A model generated the notes under the pieces. It was given only the letters and a program-made list of their open reading frames with translations. It was not told the origin of the DNA and searched no databases. From the NCBI GenBank assembly GCA_937891825.1, contig CALAHN010000089.1:56308-120307 (forward strand): DNA of 64,000 nt, in the 5' to 3' direction. Made by a program: the position numbers and the translations under genes. Shown here piece after piece: positions 9,069 through 18,501 of the stretch; the stretch's first letter is position 1; the number at the start of each line of letters is the position of its first letter. The DNA comes from an uncultured Alphaproteobacteria bacterium (GTDB lineage Bacteria; Pseudomonadota; Alphaproteobacteria; Bin95).

Positions 9069-10873
9069 GCGCCGCCGTAAAGCGCCTCGAGGCGGTCCTT
9101 GTAGGCTTCAATGATGAAGCGGCGGCGGATTTTCATGGTCGGCGTCAATTGGCCGTTCGCTGTCGTGAACCGTTCGTCGGCGATGGCGAACCGGCGGACG
9201 CGCTCGTAGGTCGCAAGCTTTGCATTCGCCTCATCGACGGCTTTCTGGAGCACGGCCCGGAACTCGGCATTGTCCCGCAACGCCTCGACCTCGACGCCAT
9301 GGTCGCGCGCCCAGGCTTCGGCGAACGCCGGATCAGGATTGATCAGCGCCACCAGATGCGGCTGCCGGTCGCCGTAAACCATGGCGTGCTCGATCGCCTC
9401 CGAAAGCGCCAACACGCCCTCGACCTTCTGGGGGGCCACATTGTCGCCGCCGGCATTCACGATCAGATCTTTCTTGCGGTCCGTAATCATCAGGCGGTCT
9501 TGCGCATCGAAGACGCCGACATCGCCGGTATGCAGCCAGCCATCGACGATGGTCCCGGCCGTATCCTCAGGCTGGCCCCAATAGCCGTCCATCAGCATGT
9601 CGCCCCGGACCAGAATTTCTCCGTCTTCGGCAAGCTTGATCTCGACGCCAAGCAATTTCGGGCCGACGGTGCGCAAATCGACGATGCCCGGCCGGTTGCA
9701 GGAAATCACCGGCGCCGCTTCGGTCTGCCCATAGCCTTGCAGCACACGAAGCCCAAGCGCCGAAAAGAAGATGCCGACTTCGTAATTCAAGGGCGCGCCG
9801 CCGGAGATCAAGGCTTTCAGGCGCCCGCCGAACCGATCCCGCACTTTCGACCGGACCAGGAGATCGAGCGTCGCATTCTCGATCGTCTCGAACAGGCCGA
9901 GGCTGCCGGACTCGATCCGCTTCCGGCCAAGCGCCAGGGCCCGATGAAACATGCGTTGCTTGTAATCCGCTTCCTTCTTCAGGCCCTGCAGGATGCGCGC
10001 ATACAAGCTTTCATAGAGCCGGGGGACCGCGGTCATGATGGTCGGCCGCGCCTCGGTCAGGTTCTTCGCAAGGCGGTCGATGCCCTCGGCATAGTAGATC
10101 TGGCACCCGGCGGACAGCGGGAAGAACTGACCGGCTGTCCGCTCATAGGCATGGGAGAGCGGGAGGAAGCTCAGGAAGGCTTCCTGCTTTGGGTCGTCGA
10201 CCTCCTGCAGGTCGAAAACCAGATCCATGGCGCTTTTGCAGTTCGTGAAGATGGCGCGATGCGACAGCATCACGCCCTTGGGCGCGCCGCCGGTGCCAGA
10301 GGTGTAGATCAGGCTGGAGAGATCGTTCCGGGTAAGGGCGTCAAGCGTTGACGGCGGCGCCGTCGCGTCGCCGGCGACGGCTTCCTCGAAGGAGATGTCC
10401 GCGCCGCTATCGCTGTCGAAGCCGAGGGTGAAGCGGACATTCGCCGCCTGCGCCGCCTTGAGTGCGGGCGCCGCGACCTTGCCGCCGGAAACGATCGCGC
10501 CGACCGCGCCCGAATCCGAGAGGACATGGGCATGGTCCGCCACGGAATTGGTCGTGTAGGCCGGCACGGTGACGCCGCCCGCCAGCATCACCGCCACGTC
10601 CGCGACCAGCCATTCCGGTCGGTTCTCGGACGCCAGCAGCACCCGTTCGCCTGGCTTCAGCCCAAGCGCGATCAGCTTGTGGGCGAGGGCGACGATCTGC
10701 CGGCGGATTTCGGCGTGGCTGATCGGGGCATAGTCCCCGGCGCGGGTCGGCTTGTGCCACAGCAACGGCCGGTCGCCGCCGGCCTCCAGCATTTCGAGCG
10801 CCATGGCGGGCAAGCTCGGCCAGACGTCATAGCGGGCGAGCAGCGTCTCTCGTTCGCTGAGGGGCAGGGCCAT
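9065..10873 (-). CDS. Long-chain fatty-acid-CoA ligase (AMP-binding)
   Basis: YTSGTGGAPKG, LPLSHAYE, QGYGQTE, GWLHTGD, DRKKD, TPTMK. Confidence 0.93.
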   Translation of the reverse strand: MALPLSERETLLARYDVWPSLPAMALEMLEAGGDRPLLWHKPTRAGDYAPISHAEIRRQIVALAHKLIALGLKPGERVLLASENRPEWLVADVAVMLAGGVTVPAYTTNSVADHAHVLSDSGAVGAIVSGGKVAAPALKAAQAANVRFTLGFDSDSGADISFEEAVAGDATAPPSTLDALTRNDLSSLIYTSGTGGAPKGVMLSHRAIFTNCKSAMDLVFDLQEVDDPKQEAFLSFLPLSHAYERTAGQFFPLSAGCQIYYAEGIDRLAKNLTEARPTIMTAVPRLYESLYARILQGLKKEADYKQRMFHRALALGRKRIESGSLGLFETIENATLDLLVRSKVRDRFGGRLKALISGGAPLNYEVGIFFSALGLRVLQGYGQTEAAPVISCNRPGIVDLRTVGPKLLGVEIKLAEDGEILVRGDMLMDGYWGQPEDTAGTIVDGWLHTGDVGVFDAQDRLMITDRKKDLIVNAGGDNVAPQKVEGVLALSEAIEHAMVYGDRQPHLVALINPDPAFAEAWARDHGVEVEALRDNAEFRAVLQKAVDEANAKLATYERVRRFAIADERFTTANGQLTPTMKIRRRFIIEAYKDRLEALYGGA

Positions 10874-11757
10874 CAGGCGGCCTCGACGATGGCGCCGTCT
10901 CTGACCGTCGGTCCGAAATCGGAAATGGTTGTGCGGATCATGATCCGTCGGTCTCCGGTTTCGTCATAGGGGGTCGCGCGATGCATGGTCGCGCGGTTGT
11001 CCCAGATGATCGCGTCGTGGGGCGACCAGCGGTGGCGATAAATCCTGTCCGGCGCCGTCGCCCGCTCGAGCCAGGCGTCATGTAATGCCTGACCCTCGGC
11101 ATCGCTCATGCCTTCGAAGCCCATGACGTGACTGGCGATATGCAGGGATTTCCGGCCGGTCATCGGGTTTGTCCGAACCAGCGCCTGGGGGACGGGCGGC
11201 AGCCGACGCCGCTGTTCTTCCGAGGATGCGCCCGGCGCGAATTTTTCCCGCGACCAGGCGATCGAGTGAATGGCGATCAGCCGGTCGGCCAGCGCCTGTT
11301 CGTCCGGGGAGAGGGCGTCATAGGCGGCCGCGGTCGAGACGAACTCCGTGTCGCCGCCGCCGGCGCGGGGCAGTTCGCGGGCGGAGAGCATCGAATATTT
11401 CGCAGGCGTCGCCTTGAACGACGAATCCGTGTGCCAGAGGAAATTGGCGCGGGTGAACAGCGCTTGCTGGCTGTCGGGGTCCTTCAGCGTGCCGTCCGGC
11501 AGCACGTTCGCGACCCGGACGATCTTCGAGCCGGCGCCGACCGCGCCGACCAGGGTTTCTTCCAGGGGACCGAGCCGTTCGCTGAACGCGACCTGAGCCT
11601 CGTCATCCAGCGGCTGGTCCGGCATGACCAGAACGCCATAGGCGTTCAGCGCCAGTTCGATGTCGCGAAAATCGCTCTCGGACAAGCCGTCGCGAATGCT
11701 GAATCCGGTCGCGCTCGCGCCGAAGCCCTCGGTCAGGGGGGAGATATAGACAGCCAT
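10873..11757 (-). CDS. TauD/TfdA family 2OG-Fe(II) dioxygenase (TfdA-like)
   Basis: WHTDSSF, KYSMLSA, GGDTEF, WDNRATMHR. Confidence 0.92.
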   Translation of the reverse strand: MAVYISPLTEGFGASATGFSIRDGLSESDFRDIELALNAYGVLVMPDQPLDDEAQVAFSERLGPLEETLVGAVGAGSKIVRVANVLPDGTLKDPDSQQALFTRANFLWHTDSSFKATPAKYSMLSARELPRAGGGDTEFVSTAAAYDALSPDEQALADRLIAIHSIAWSREKFAPGASSEEQRRRLPPVPQALVRTNPMTGRKSLHIASHVMGFEGMSDAEGQALHDAWLERATAPDRIYRHRWSPHDAIIWDNRATMHRATPYDETGDRRIMIRTTISDFGPTVRDGAIVEAA

Positions 11758-11761
11758 GCTG

Positions 11762-12316
11762 TCAGATCGTGGCGGATGGGCGCTTGACGACGGCGTCAGA
11801 CCCGGGGACCGTCACGGCAGGCGCGCTATTCGCCGGAGGCACCCCGCCCCCGGTTTGGGCGTCGACCGGGGCCGGCACGATGCGGATGTGGTCGCCGTAG
11901 ACCAGCATGACCTTCGTGCCCGGCGGCAATTGCGTCTCGCCCTTCGGCTGCACGACCGCGACCGTGTCGCCATCGGCGCGCCGGACGAGATATTCGATGC
12001 CGTCGCTGCCAGTGATCGCGTCCTCCGCCACGGCGCCGACGACGGCGCCGACGACGGCGCCCGCGATCGCGCCAAGAATGCCGGCGCGGCCGCTGCCTGC
12101 CCAACTGCCTCCGACGCCGCCGGCCGCCGCGCCGATGCCGCCGCCGATATTGCTGCGCGTGCCTTCGATCCGGACATCCCGAACGGAGAGCACCACGCCA
12201 TCCTCGATCTGCACGGCCGAGCCGACTTCGCCGCGGCTATATACGTCCGGCGACAGGCTTTTCGCGCAGCCGGTCAGCGCCAGGCCGGCGATGATGATTG
12301 CTATTGCTGTCCGCAT
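11762..12316 (-). CDS. SlyB/Pcp-like glycine-zipper outer-membrane lipoprotein
   Basis: Lipobox LTGC, glycine zipper GAAAGGVGG/GAVVGAVVG, C-terminal VVQ beta region. Confidence 0.85.
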   Translation of the reverse strand: MRTAIAIIIAGLALTGCAKSLSPDVYSRGEVGSAVQIEDGVVLSVRDVRIEGTRSNIGGGIGAAAGGVGGSWAGSGRAGILGAIAGAVVGAVVGAVAEDAITGSDGIEYLVRRADGDTVAVVQPKGETQLPPGTKVMLVYGDHIRIVPAPVDAQTGGGVPPANSAPAVTVPGSDAVVKRPSATI

Positions 12317-12492
12317 GACTTGGCTCTCCGCAAGGGTTCAGGATCACATGATTCAGCAAACTGCGTGACTGTCCCTCGGCCCTTAATATATGCAGCGGGA
12401 AGGCGCACGGCAATTATCGGGGTTGCATCATTCTGTGATCCATATGACAACACTCGTCTGACGATCCGATTTACGAGCAGAATGAGGCAAAC

Positions 12493-13248
12493 TTGAGGCG
12501 TTTTCTCTTGATGGCGCTCGCGCTTCTGACGGCGTCTTTCGCACTCGGACAGCCGGCCGAAGCCGCCCACACCCGCATCGACGCGAGCTTCAAGTTTGCG
12601 GGCCGCAATGTCCGGCTTGAGATTTTCAAGCCAGCCACGCCGGGCCCCGCGCCGGCGGCGTTGGTTTTGCACGGCGCCTCCGGGATCGGCAGCGGCTGGT
12701 TTGTGTATCCGTTCGCGCAAGCGATGGCCGACAAGGGCGTCGCGGCGGTCGTCGTGCATTACTACGACGGTCTCGGCAAACGCGGCGGCAAGGCCAGCCC
12801 GAGTATTTTCCGAACGCGCGACGCAATCCTGGAAGCCGCGATCAAGTATGTCCTGTCGCGGCCGGACATTCGGTCCGACGGGCTTGGAATATATGGCATG
12901 TCGCTTGGCGGCTTCCATGCGCTGTCGCTTGGCGTCGGCGACGAGCGGGTTCGCGCCGTCGTCAGCTTGGGCGGCGCGCTGTCGGGGCATATCCCACGGC
13001 GGTCGACGGCGGCGCTGCCGCCAACCTTGCTGCTGCATGGCGACAAGGATGCCGTCGTGCCGTTTCGGCGCGCGGTCGCAACATCCAAGGCGATCGAGCA
13101 AGGCGGCGCCCTGGTCGATCTCAAGGTCTATCGCGGCGAAGGGCATTCCCTGTCGCAGCGCGCCCATAGCGATGCTGTGCGCGCAACAGCGAGATTTATG
13201 GCCAATGCCTTGCGGCCCGGCCGCGTCCTCGCCGATAGCCGCCGCTGA
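12493..13248 (+). CDS. Exported alpha/beta hydrolase (dienelactone hydrolase-like, Ser nucleophile)
   Basis: Signal peptide, LHGASG, GMSLGG, HGDKDAVVP, GEGH; TTG start. Confidence 0.82.
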   Translation: MRRFLLMALALLTASFALGQPAEAAHTRIDASFKFAGRNVRLEIFKPATPGPAPAALVLHGASGIGSGWFVYPFAQAMADKGVAAVVVHYYDGLGKRGGKASPSIFRTRDAILEAAIKYVLSRPDIRSDGLGIYGMSLGGFHALSLGVGDERVRAVVSLGGALSGHIPRRSTAALPPTLLLHGDKDAVVPFRRAVATSKAIEQGGALVDLKVYRGEGHSLSQRAHSDAVRATARFMANALRPGRVLADSRR

Positions 13249-13329
13249 TCGCTCTGGCGTCGCGCCAGCTTGCCGCGCGCCCTGCTTCAGGATGGCCAGC
13301 CGCAAACCAGCCAGAGGATACGCTAACGG

Positions 13330-13749
13330 ATGACCGGCGCGCCGCCAGATTTTCCGGAGAGCTTTGTCGTTAGCGATCCGGACGACCCCCATGAAACCTT
13401 GACCGGCTTGTTCTACATGCGAAAAGGCGGCCCGATCGGCGAGGTGTATCTGCTGGCCGAGCGCAAGCACTGCAATACCGGGGGCAGCGTCCATGGCGGG
13501 CTGCTGATGACGATGGCCGACCTCGCGCTCTGCGCCGCATGCCGGGAAGGGCTAGTCGGCGAGCGGGCGATTACGGTATCCTTGAACGCGGAATTTCTGT
13601 CTGCGGGCCTGGAGGGCGACTTCATTGAAGCGAAAGCGGAATTGACCCGTCGCGGCCGATCCATGGCGTTCGCACGCTGCGTCATCAGCGCTGGCGAGCG
13701 GAAGCTCATGACGGCGAGCATCGTGACCAAGCGCGTGCCGCGGGGGTGA
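13330..13749 (+). CDS. PaaI family hot-dog thioesterase
   Basis: HCNTGGSVHGGLLMTMAD, TVSLNAEFL. Confidence 0.9.
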   Translation: MTGAPPDFPESFVVSDPDDPHETLTGLFYMRKGGPIGEVYLLAERKHCNTGGSVHGGLLMTMADLALCAACREGLVGERAITVSLNAEFLSAGLEGDFIEAKAELTRRGRSMAFARCVISAGERKLMTASIVTKRVPRG

Positions 13750-14165
13750 AATTCCTCCTCGCCCTGCTTCTGCTCGCGCTGATCGCGGCCGGCGGGTTCG
13801 CCGATGCGCCCGCGCGCGCCGGCGGCCTGGACGGGCCGGAGATTACGGATTACCGGGTCTGGCGCTCGAACCGGTGCTACAAGCCGTCGCCGCCGCCGGT
13901 CAGGATCGCGGACGCCTTGAGCTACAACCTCGCCGTCGACGCCTTCAATCGCTATTTCGAACAGATGAAAACCTTCATGGATTGCGTCGGCGCCGAAGCC
14001 AACCAGGACTACGAGGCGCTGCGCAAGGTGATGGAGGCAGGCCTCGCCCGCGCCCGCTCGGAGGCGCTCGACGATCTGGAGCGGTCCAGGGCGGAGATCG
14101 AACGCTATCGCGGCGCCTATGCCGGCCCAGCCCTCAACGCGGAGCGGCCGCAACAGCAACGCTGA
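13746..14165 (+). CDS. Hypothetical exported protein
   Basis: Signal-like N-terminus, GTG overlaps upstream stop, helical C-terminal half; family not recognised. Confidence 0.6.
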   Translation: MKFLLALLLLALIAAGGFADAPARAGGLDGPEITDYRVWRSNRCYKPSPPPVRIADALSYNLAVDAFNRYFEQMKTFMDCVGAEANQDYEALRKVMEAGLARARSEALDDLERSRAEIERYRGAYAGPALNAERPQQQR

Positions 14166-14251
14166 CGCCTGGACCGCGTCGCCTTGCGCGTCGCCTTGCG
14201 CGGACGCACACTTGCCCCAACCCCTTAGCCCGTATCAATCAGGATCGCCGA

Positions 14252-15217
14252 ATGCACGCTGACTTCGCAAAGAAACTCGCCGACGTCGACGCCATTACTT
14301 CCGGCTTCGGCGATCTCGGCTACATCTGCTCGAATCCGATCGCGACGGCGTTGTTCATCGCGGGCAACCTGGAAAAGCCCCTGCTTGTCGAAGGGCCTGC
14401 TGGCGTCGGGAAGACCGAACTTGCGAATACCATGGCCGCATATATGGGCCTGCCGATGATCCGCCTTCAGTGTTACGAGGGCCTGGACGAGGCGAAGGCG
14501 CTCTATGAATGGCGCTATGCCAAGCAATTGCTTTATACCCAGATCTTGCGGGACAAGATCAGCGAAGTTCTGGGCGATGCCGCGAACCTGAAAGAATCGA
14601 TGGCGAAGCTACATGCCCATTCGGACCTGTTCTTCTCCGAGCAGTTCGTCGCGCCGCGCCCGCTCCTGAAAGCGCTTCGGGAAGAACATGGCTGCGTCCT
14701 GTTGATCGACGAGATCGACAAGGCGGATCACGAATTCGAAGCTTTCCTGCTCGAAATCCTTTCAGAATATCAGGTCTCGATCCCGGAGCTTGGCACGATC
14801 AAGGCGATACGGAAGCCGATTGTCTTCCTGACCTCGAACAACACGCGGGAACTCTCCGACGCCTTGAAGCGCCGCTGCCTGCATCTCTATGTGCCGTTCC
14901 CGGAAGCGAAGCTCGAGCGTCAGATTCTGCGCGCGCGGGTGCCGGACATTACCGAACATCTGATGCGCCAGCTCGTCGCGTTCGTGCAGAACGTGCGCGA
15001 GCTCGACCTGAAGAAGCATCCCTCCGTCAGCGAAACCATCGATTGGGCGCGGGCGCTGATGCTGCTGAACGCATCGGAGCTTGACGGCGACCTTGTGCGG
15101 CGAACGCTGAACGTCATCCTGAAATTCGAGGAAGACATTACCGCCGTCGACCGGCAGGCGCTGGAATTGGTCAGGCAGGCCGAAAAAGCGACGCCGCCGC
15201 CGGCGATCGTAAAGTAG
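14252..15217 (+). CDS. MoxR/CoxD-like AAA+ ATPase
   Basis: EGPAGVGKTE, RLQCYEGLD, LIDEIDKAD, TSNNTRELSDALKRRC; start moved to ATG 14252. Confidence 0.92.
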   Translation: MHADFAKKLADVDAITSGFGDLGYICSNPIATALFIAGNLEKPLLVEGPAGVGKTELANTMAAYMGLPMIRLQCYEGLDEAKALYEWRYAKQLLYTQILRDKISEVLGDAANLKESMAKLHAHSDLFFSEQFVAPRPLLKALREEHGCVLLIDEIDKADHEFEAFLLEILSEYQVSIPELGTIKAIRKPIVFLTSNNTRELSDALKRRCLHLYVPFPEAKLERQILRARVPDITEHLMRQLVAFVQNVRELDLKKHPSVSETIDWARALMLLNASELDGDLVRRTLNVILKFEEDITAVDRQALELVRQAEKATPPPAIVK

Positions 15218-15229
15218 CGCTGGCAGACC

Positions 15230-16642
15230 ATGGCCGAAACGAAAGGCGAAATCGACCGGACGATCGTCAACTTCCTGAAAGCCGTGCGCGGCGCGGACGT
15301 CCGGGTTTCGGTCGCGGAATCCCTGGACGCGGTGCGCGTCGCGGACTTCGTCGGCTGGGAAAACCGTGAGGTCCTGAAGCAGGGCCTCAGCCTGGCGCTT
15401 GCCAAGACGACCGAGGAAAAAGGCCGCTTCGACGCCTGTTTCGAAGCGTTCTTCACCGCCGTCGCCGAACGGAGCCCAGCCGAGGACGAGAACGAGGCGA
15501 CCGACGATTGGGACGGCGACACGGCAGGCGTCAATAACGAGCTGGCGCAGATGCTGCTGGAAGGCGATCAGGCCGAAATCGCCGCCGCGATGGAGGAAGC
15601 TGCGGCCGAAGTCGGCCTCGAGAACATCAAGTTCTTCACCCAGCGCGGCCTCTATACCCAGCGCATTCTCCGCCAGATGGGCCTGGAAGGCCTCGACGCT
15701 GCGATCCGTGAGGCGCAGGCCAATACCGGCATGGGCGAAGGCGAGGGCCAGGGGCAGGGCTCCGGCGGCGGCGGCCAGCCGGGGCAGGCGGCGGCCCTGG
15801 AGGTCGCGCGCAAGCGCCTCTTCGAGACCGCGCGCAATCTCGTGGAGCGGCGGCTCTCGCTTTATGGCGCGGAGACCACCCGCGATCTCCGCGAAGGCCG
15901 ATTGCGCCGCAGCCGTCTTGGCAATCTGGACCGCCGCGATCAGGAAGAAATGCGCAAGCTGGTCGCCCGCATCGCCAAACGCCTGGCGGCGCTACATTCC
16001 CGCAAGCCGAAGAGGCGGAACCGCGGCATGCTCGATCTCCGGCAGACCATGCGCCGGAATTATGCCAATGACGGCATCATGTTCGACCTGATCTGGAAGC
16101 GGAAAAAGATTTCGAAGCCCAGGGTCATGGCGATCTGCGACGTGTCGGGCTCCGTCGCCTCCGTCGCGCGCTTTCTGCTGCAGTTCCTCTATGCGCTGCA
16201 TGACGTGCTGAACGATGTCCGCAGCTTCGCCTTTTCAGGTAAGTTGATCGAAACCAGCCAGTTCTTCGCAGCCCATGACGTCGACGCCGCCGTCGATCAG
16301 ATCATGAACGCGGTCGGCTACATGCCGACCGACTATGGCAAGAGCCTGGAAGACTTCCGCGAAGGCTTCCTGGATCAGGTCGACAAGCGGACGACCGTCG
16401 TCATCCTGGGCGATGGGCGGAGCAACAATACCGACCCGCGCAGCGATATCCTGAAGGAAATCTCTGAGCGGTCGAAGCGCGTCCTCTGGCTGAACCCGGA
16501 GCCGCCGCCGCTCTGGGGAACGGGCGATTCGGAGATTTTCCGCTATCGGCCCTATTGCAGCCTGATGCGCGAGGTGAACACGCTGCAGCATCTGGAGCGT
16601 GTCGTGAACGACCTGGTGCGAGTCGTCAAAGCCGCCTCGTAA
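15230..16642 (+). CDS. CoxE-like VWA domain protein
   Basis: MIDAS CDVSGSV, TDYG, ILGDGRSN, WLNPE..WGTGDS. Confidence 0.9.
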   Translation: MAETKGEIDRTIVNFLKAVRGADVRVSVAESLDAVRVADFVGWENREVLKQGLSLALAKTTEEKGRFDACFEAFFTAVAERSPAEDENEATDDWDGDTAGVNNELAQMLLEGDQAEIAAAMEEAAAEVGLENIKFFTQRGLYTQRILRQMGLEGLDAAIREAQANTGMGEGEGQGQGSGGGGQPGQAAALEVARKRLFETARNLVERRLSLYGAETTRDLREGRLRRSRLGNLDRRDQEEMRKLVARIAKRLAALHSRKPKRRNRGMLDLRQTMRRNYANDGIMFDLIWKRKKISKPRVMAICDVSGSVASVARFLLQFLYALHDVLNDVRSFAFSGKLIETSQFFAAHDVDAAVDQIMNAVGYMPTDYGKSLEDFREGFLDQVDKRTTVVILGDGRSNNTDPRSDILKEISERSKRVLWLNPEPPPLWGTGDSEIFRYRPYCSLMREVNTLQHLERVVNDLVRVVKAAS

Positions 16643-16646
16643 GCCG

Positions 16647-16937
16647 TTATTTCATCTCGGTTTCGATGAAGATGAATTCGAAGTCATTGGCGTTGATGAC
16701 GTCATGCTCGACGCCGGCGTTCCGGTAATAGGGCACGCCGGTCCTGAGCTCGGCCGTGACGAGGCCGGTCGGCGTCTCCAGGGTCAGCGCCCCCGTCGTG
16801 ATCGGAACGACGACGTAGTCCATGTCATGCCGGTGCCATCCCGTCGCCCCGCCCGGCGGAAAGCGCCACTCCGTGACCCGCACCCTGGCATTATCGATCA
16901 TCACCGTCGGCGTCGCGGCAGGCCGTGTCTCAGGCAT
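16647..16937 (-). CDS. Small cupin domain protein
   Basis: RVRVTEWRF, TGWHRH, GVEHDV cupin motifs. Confidence 0.82.
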   Translation of the reverse strand: MPETRPAATPTVMIDNARVRVTEWRFPPGGATGWHRHDMDYVVVPITTGALTLETPTGLVTAELRTGVPYYRNAGVEHDVINANDFEFIFIETEMK

Positions 16938-16942
16938 CGGCT

Positions 16943-18493
16943 TCACTCCCACTCGATCGTGCCGGGGGGCTTGGAGGTTACGTCGTAGGTGACGCGGTTG
17001 ACGCCGGCGACTTCGTTGATGATGCGGGTTGCGACCTGGCCGAGGAAGGCCATGTCGAAATGGTAGAAATCCGCCGTCATGCCGTCGGTCGAGGTGACGG
17101 CGCGGAGGGCGAGGGCGGACTCATAGGTGCGTTCGTCGCCCATGACGCCGACGGTCGAAACCGGCAGCAGCACCGCAAAGGCCTGCCAGATCGCGTCATA
17201 GAGGCCGGCATTGCGGATTTCGTCCAGATAGACCGCATCGGCCTGGCGGAGGGTGTCGAGCTTGGGCTTGGTGATGGCGCCGGGCACCCGGATCGCCAGG
17301 CCGGGACCAGGGAAGGGGTGGCGGCCGACAAAGGCTTCAGGCAGGCCCAATTCGCGGCCGAGCGCGCGCACCTCATCTTTGAAAAGCTCGCGCAGGGGTT
17401 CGACCAGCTTCAGGTTCATCCGGTCCGGCAAGCCGCCGACATTGTGGTGGCTCTTGATCGTGACGCTTGGGCCGCCCGCGAACGAGACGCTTTCGATGAC
17501 GTCCGGATAGAGCGTGCCCTGGGCCAGGAATTCCGCGCCGCCGATGCGCTTACCCTCGCGCTCGAAGATATCGATGAACAATCCGCCGATGATCTTGCGC
17601 TTGCGTTCGGGATCGCTGACGCCGTCAAGCGCCGTCAGGAAATCCGTTTCCGCTTCAACATGATGCAGCGGAATATTGTAGTGACTTCTAAATAGCGTAA
17701 CCACCTCTTCGGCTTCGCCCAGGCGCAGCATGCCGGTATCGACGAAGATGCACTGAAGCTGGTCGCCGATCGCTTCGTGGATCAGTACGGCGGCGACCGC
17801 GCTGTCGACGCCGCCCGACAGGCCGCAGATCACCCGACCGCTGCCGACCTTGGCGCGAATGCGCGCGATCTCCTCCTCACGGAAGGCGGCCATCGTCCAG
17901 TCCCCGGCGCACCCGGCGATCCGGGTCGCGAAATTCGCGATCAACCGGCCGCCTTCGGGGGTATGGGCGACTTCGGGATGGAACTGCACGCCGTAGAACC
18001 GGCGGTCCTCATCGGCGATGGCGGCAAAGGGCGCGTTTGCCGTGACGGCGATCGGGCTGAAGCCCGGCGGCAGGGCGGTAACGGCGTCGCCGTGGCTCAT
18101 CCAGACCTGGCGGCTGTCGCCGGTCCCCCAGACGCCGTCGAACAAGGGCGAATTGGCCGTGACCGAAACCGTGGCGCGCCCGAATTCCCGCTTGGAGGAG
18201 CTTTCGACCTTGCCGCCCAGTTGCGCCGCCATGGTTTGCTGGCCGTAGCAGATGCCGAGGACCGGCAGACCCAGGTCGAACAAGGCCGCATCCGCCGCCG
18301 GCGACGTCGCGAGCGTGACGCTCGCCGGGCCGCCCGAGAGGATGATGCCCTTCGGATTGAAGTCCGCAACGGCTTTGGCGTCGGTTTTGTTGAACGGCCA
18401 GATTTCGCAATAGACGCCGGCCTCGCGGACCCGCCTCGCGATCAACTGCGTGACCTGGGAGCCGAAGTCGACAATCAGAATGCGATCGTGCAT
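16943..18493 (-). CDS. guaA: GMP synthase (glutamine-hydrolysing)
   Basis: [43 protein letters not shown]. Confidence 0.98.
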   Translation of the reverse strand: MHDRILIVDFGSQVTQLIARRVREAGVYCEIWPFNKTDAKAVADFNPKGIILSGGPASVTLATSPAADAALFDLGLPVLGICYGQQTMAAQLGGKVESSSKREFGRATVSVTANSPLFDGVWGTGDSRQVWMSHGDAVTALPPGFSPIAVTANAPFAAIADEDRRFYGVQFHPEVAHTPEGGRLIANFATRIAGCAGDWTMAAFREEEIARIRAKVGSGRVICGLSGGVDSAVAAVLIHEAIGDQLQCIFVDTGMLRLGEAEEVVTLFRSHYNIPLHHVEAETDFLTALDGVSDPERKRKIIGGLFIDIFEREGKRIGGAEFLAQGTLYPDVIESVSFAGGPSVTIKSHHNVGGLPDRMNLKLVEPLRELFKDEVRALGRELGLPEAFVGRHPFPGPGLAIRVPGAITKPKLDTLRQADAVYLDEIRNAGLYDAIWQAFAVLLPVSTVGVMGDERTYESALALRAVTSTDGMTADFYHFDMAFLGQVATRIINEVAGVNRVTYDVTSKPPGTIEWE

Positions 18494-18501
18494 GGGCGGG
18501 T

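Noticed and set aside
14175-14202. 12-bp tandem duplication CGCGTCGCCTTG (about 2.3 copies)
   Set aside because: Short intergenic slippage; no spacers and no other copies noticed.
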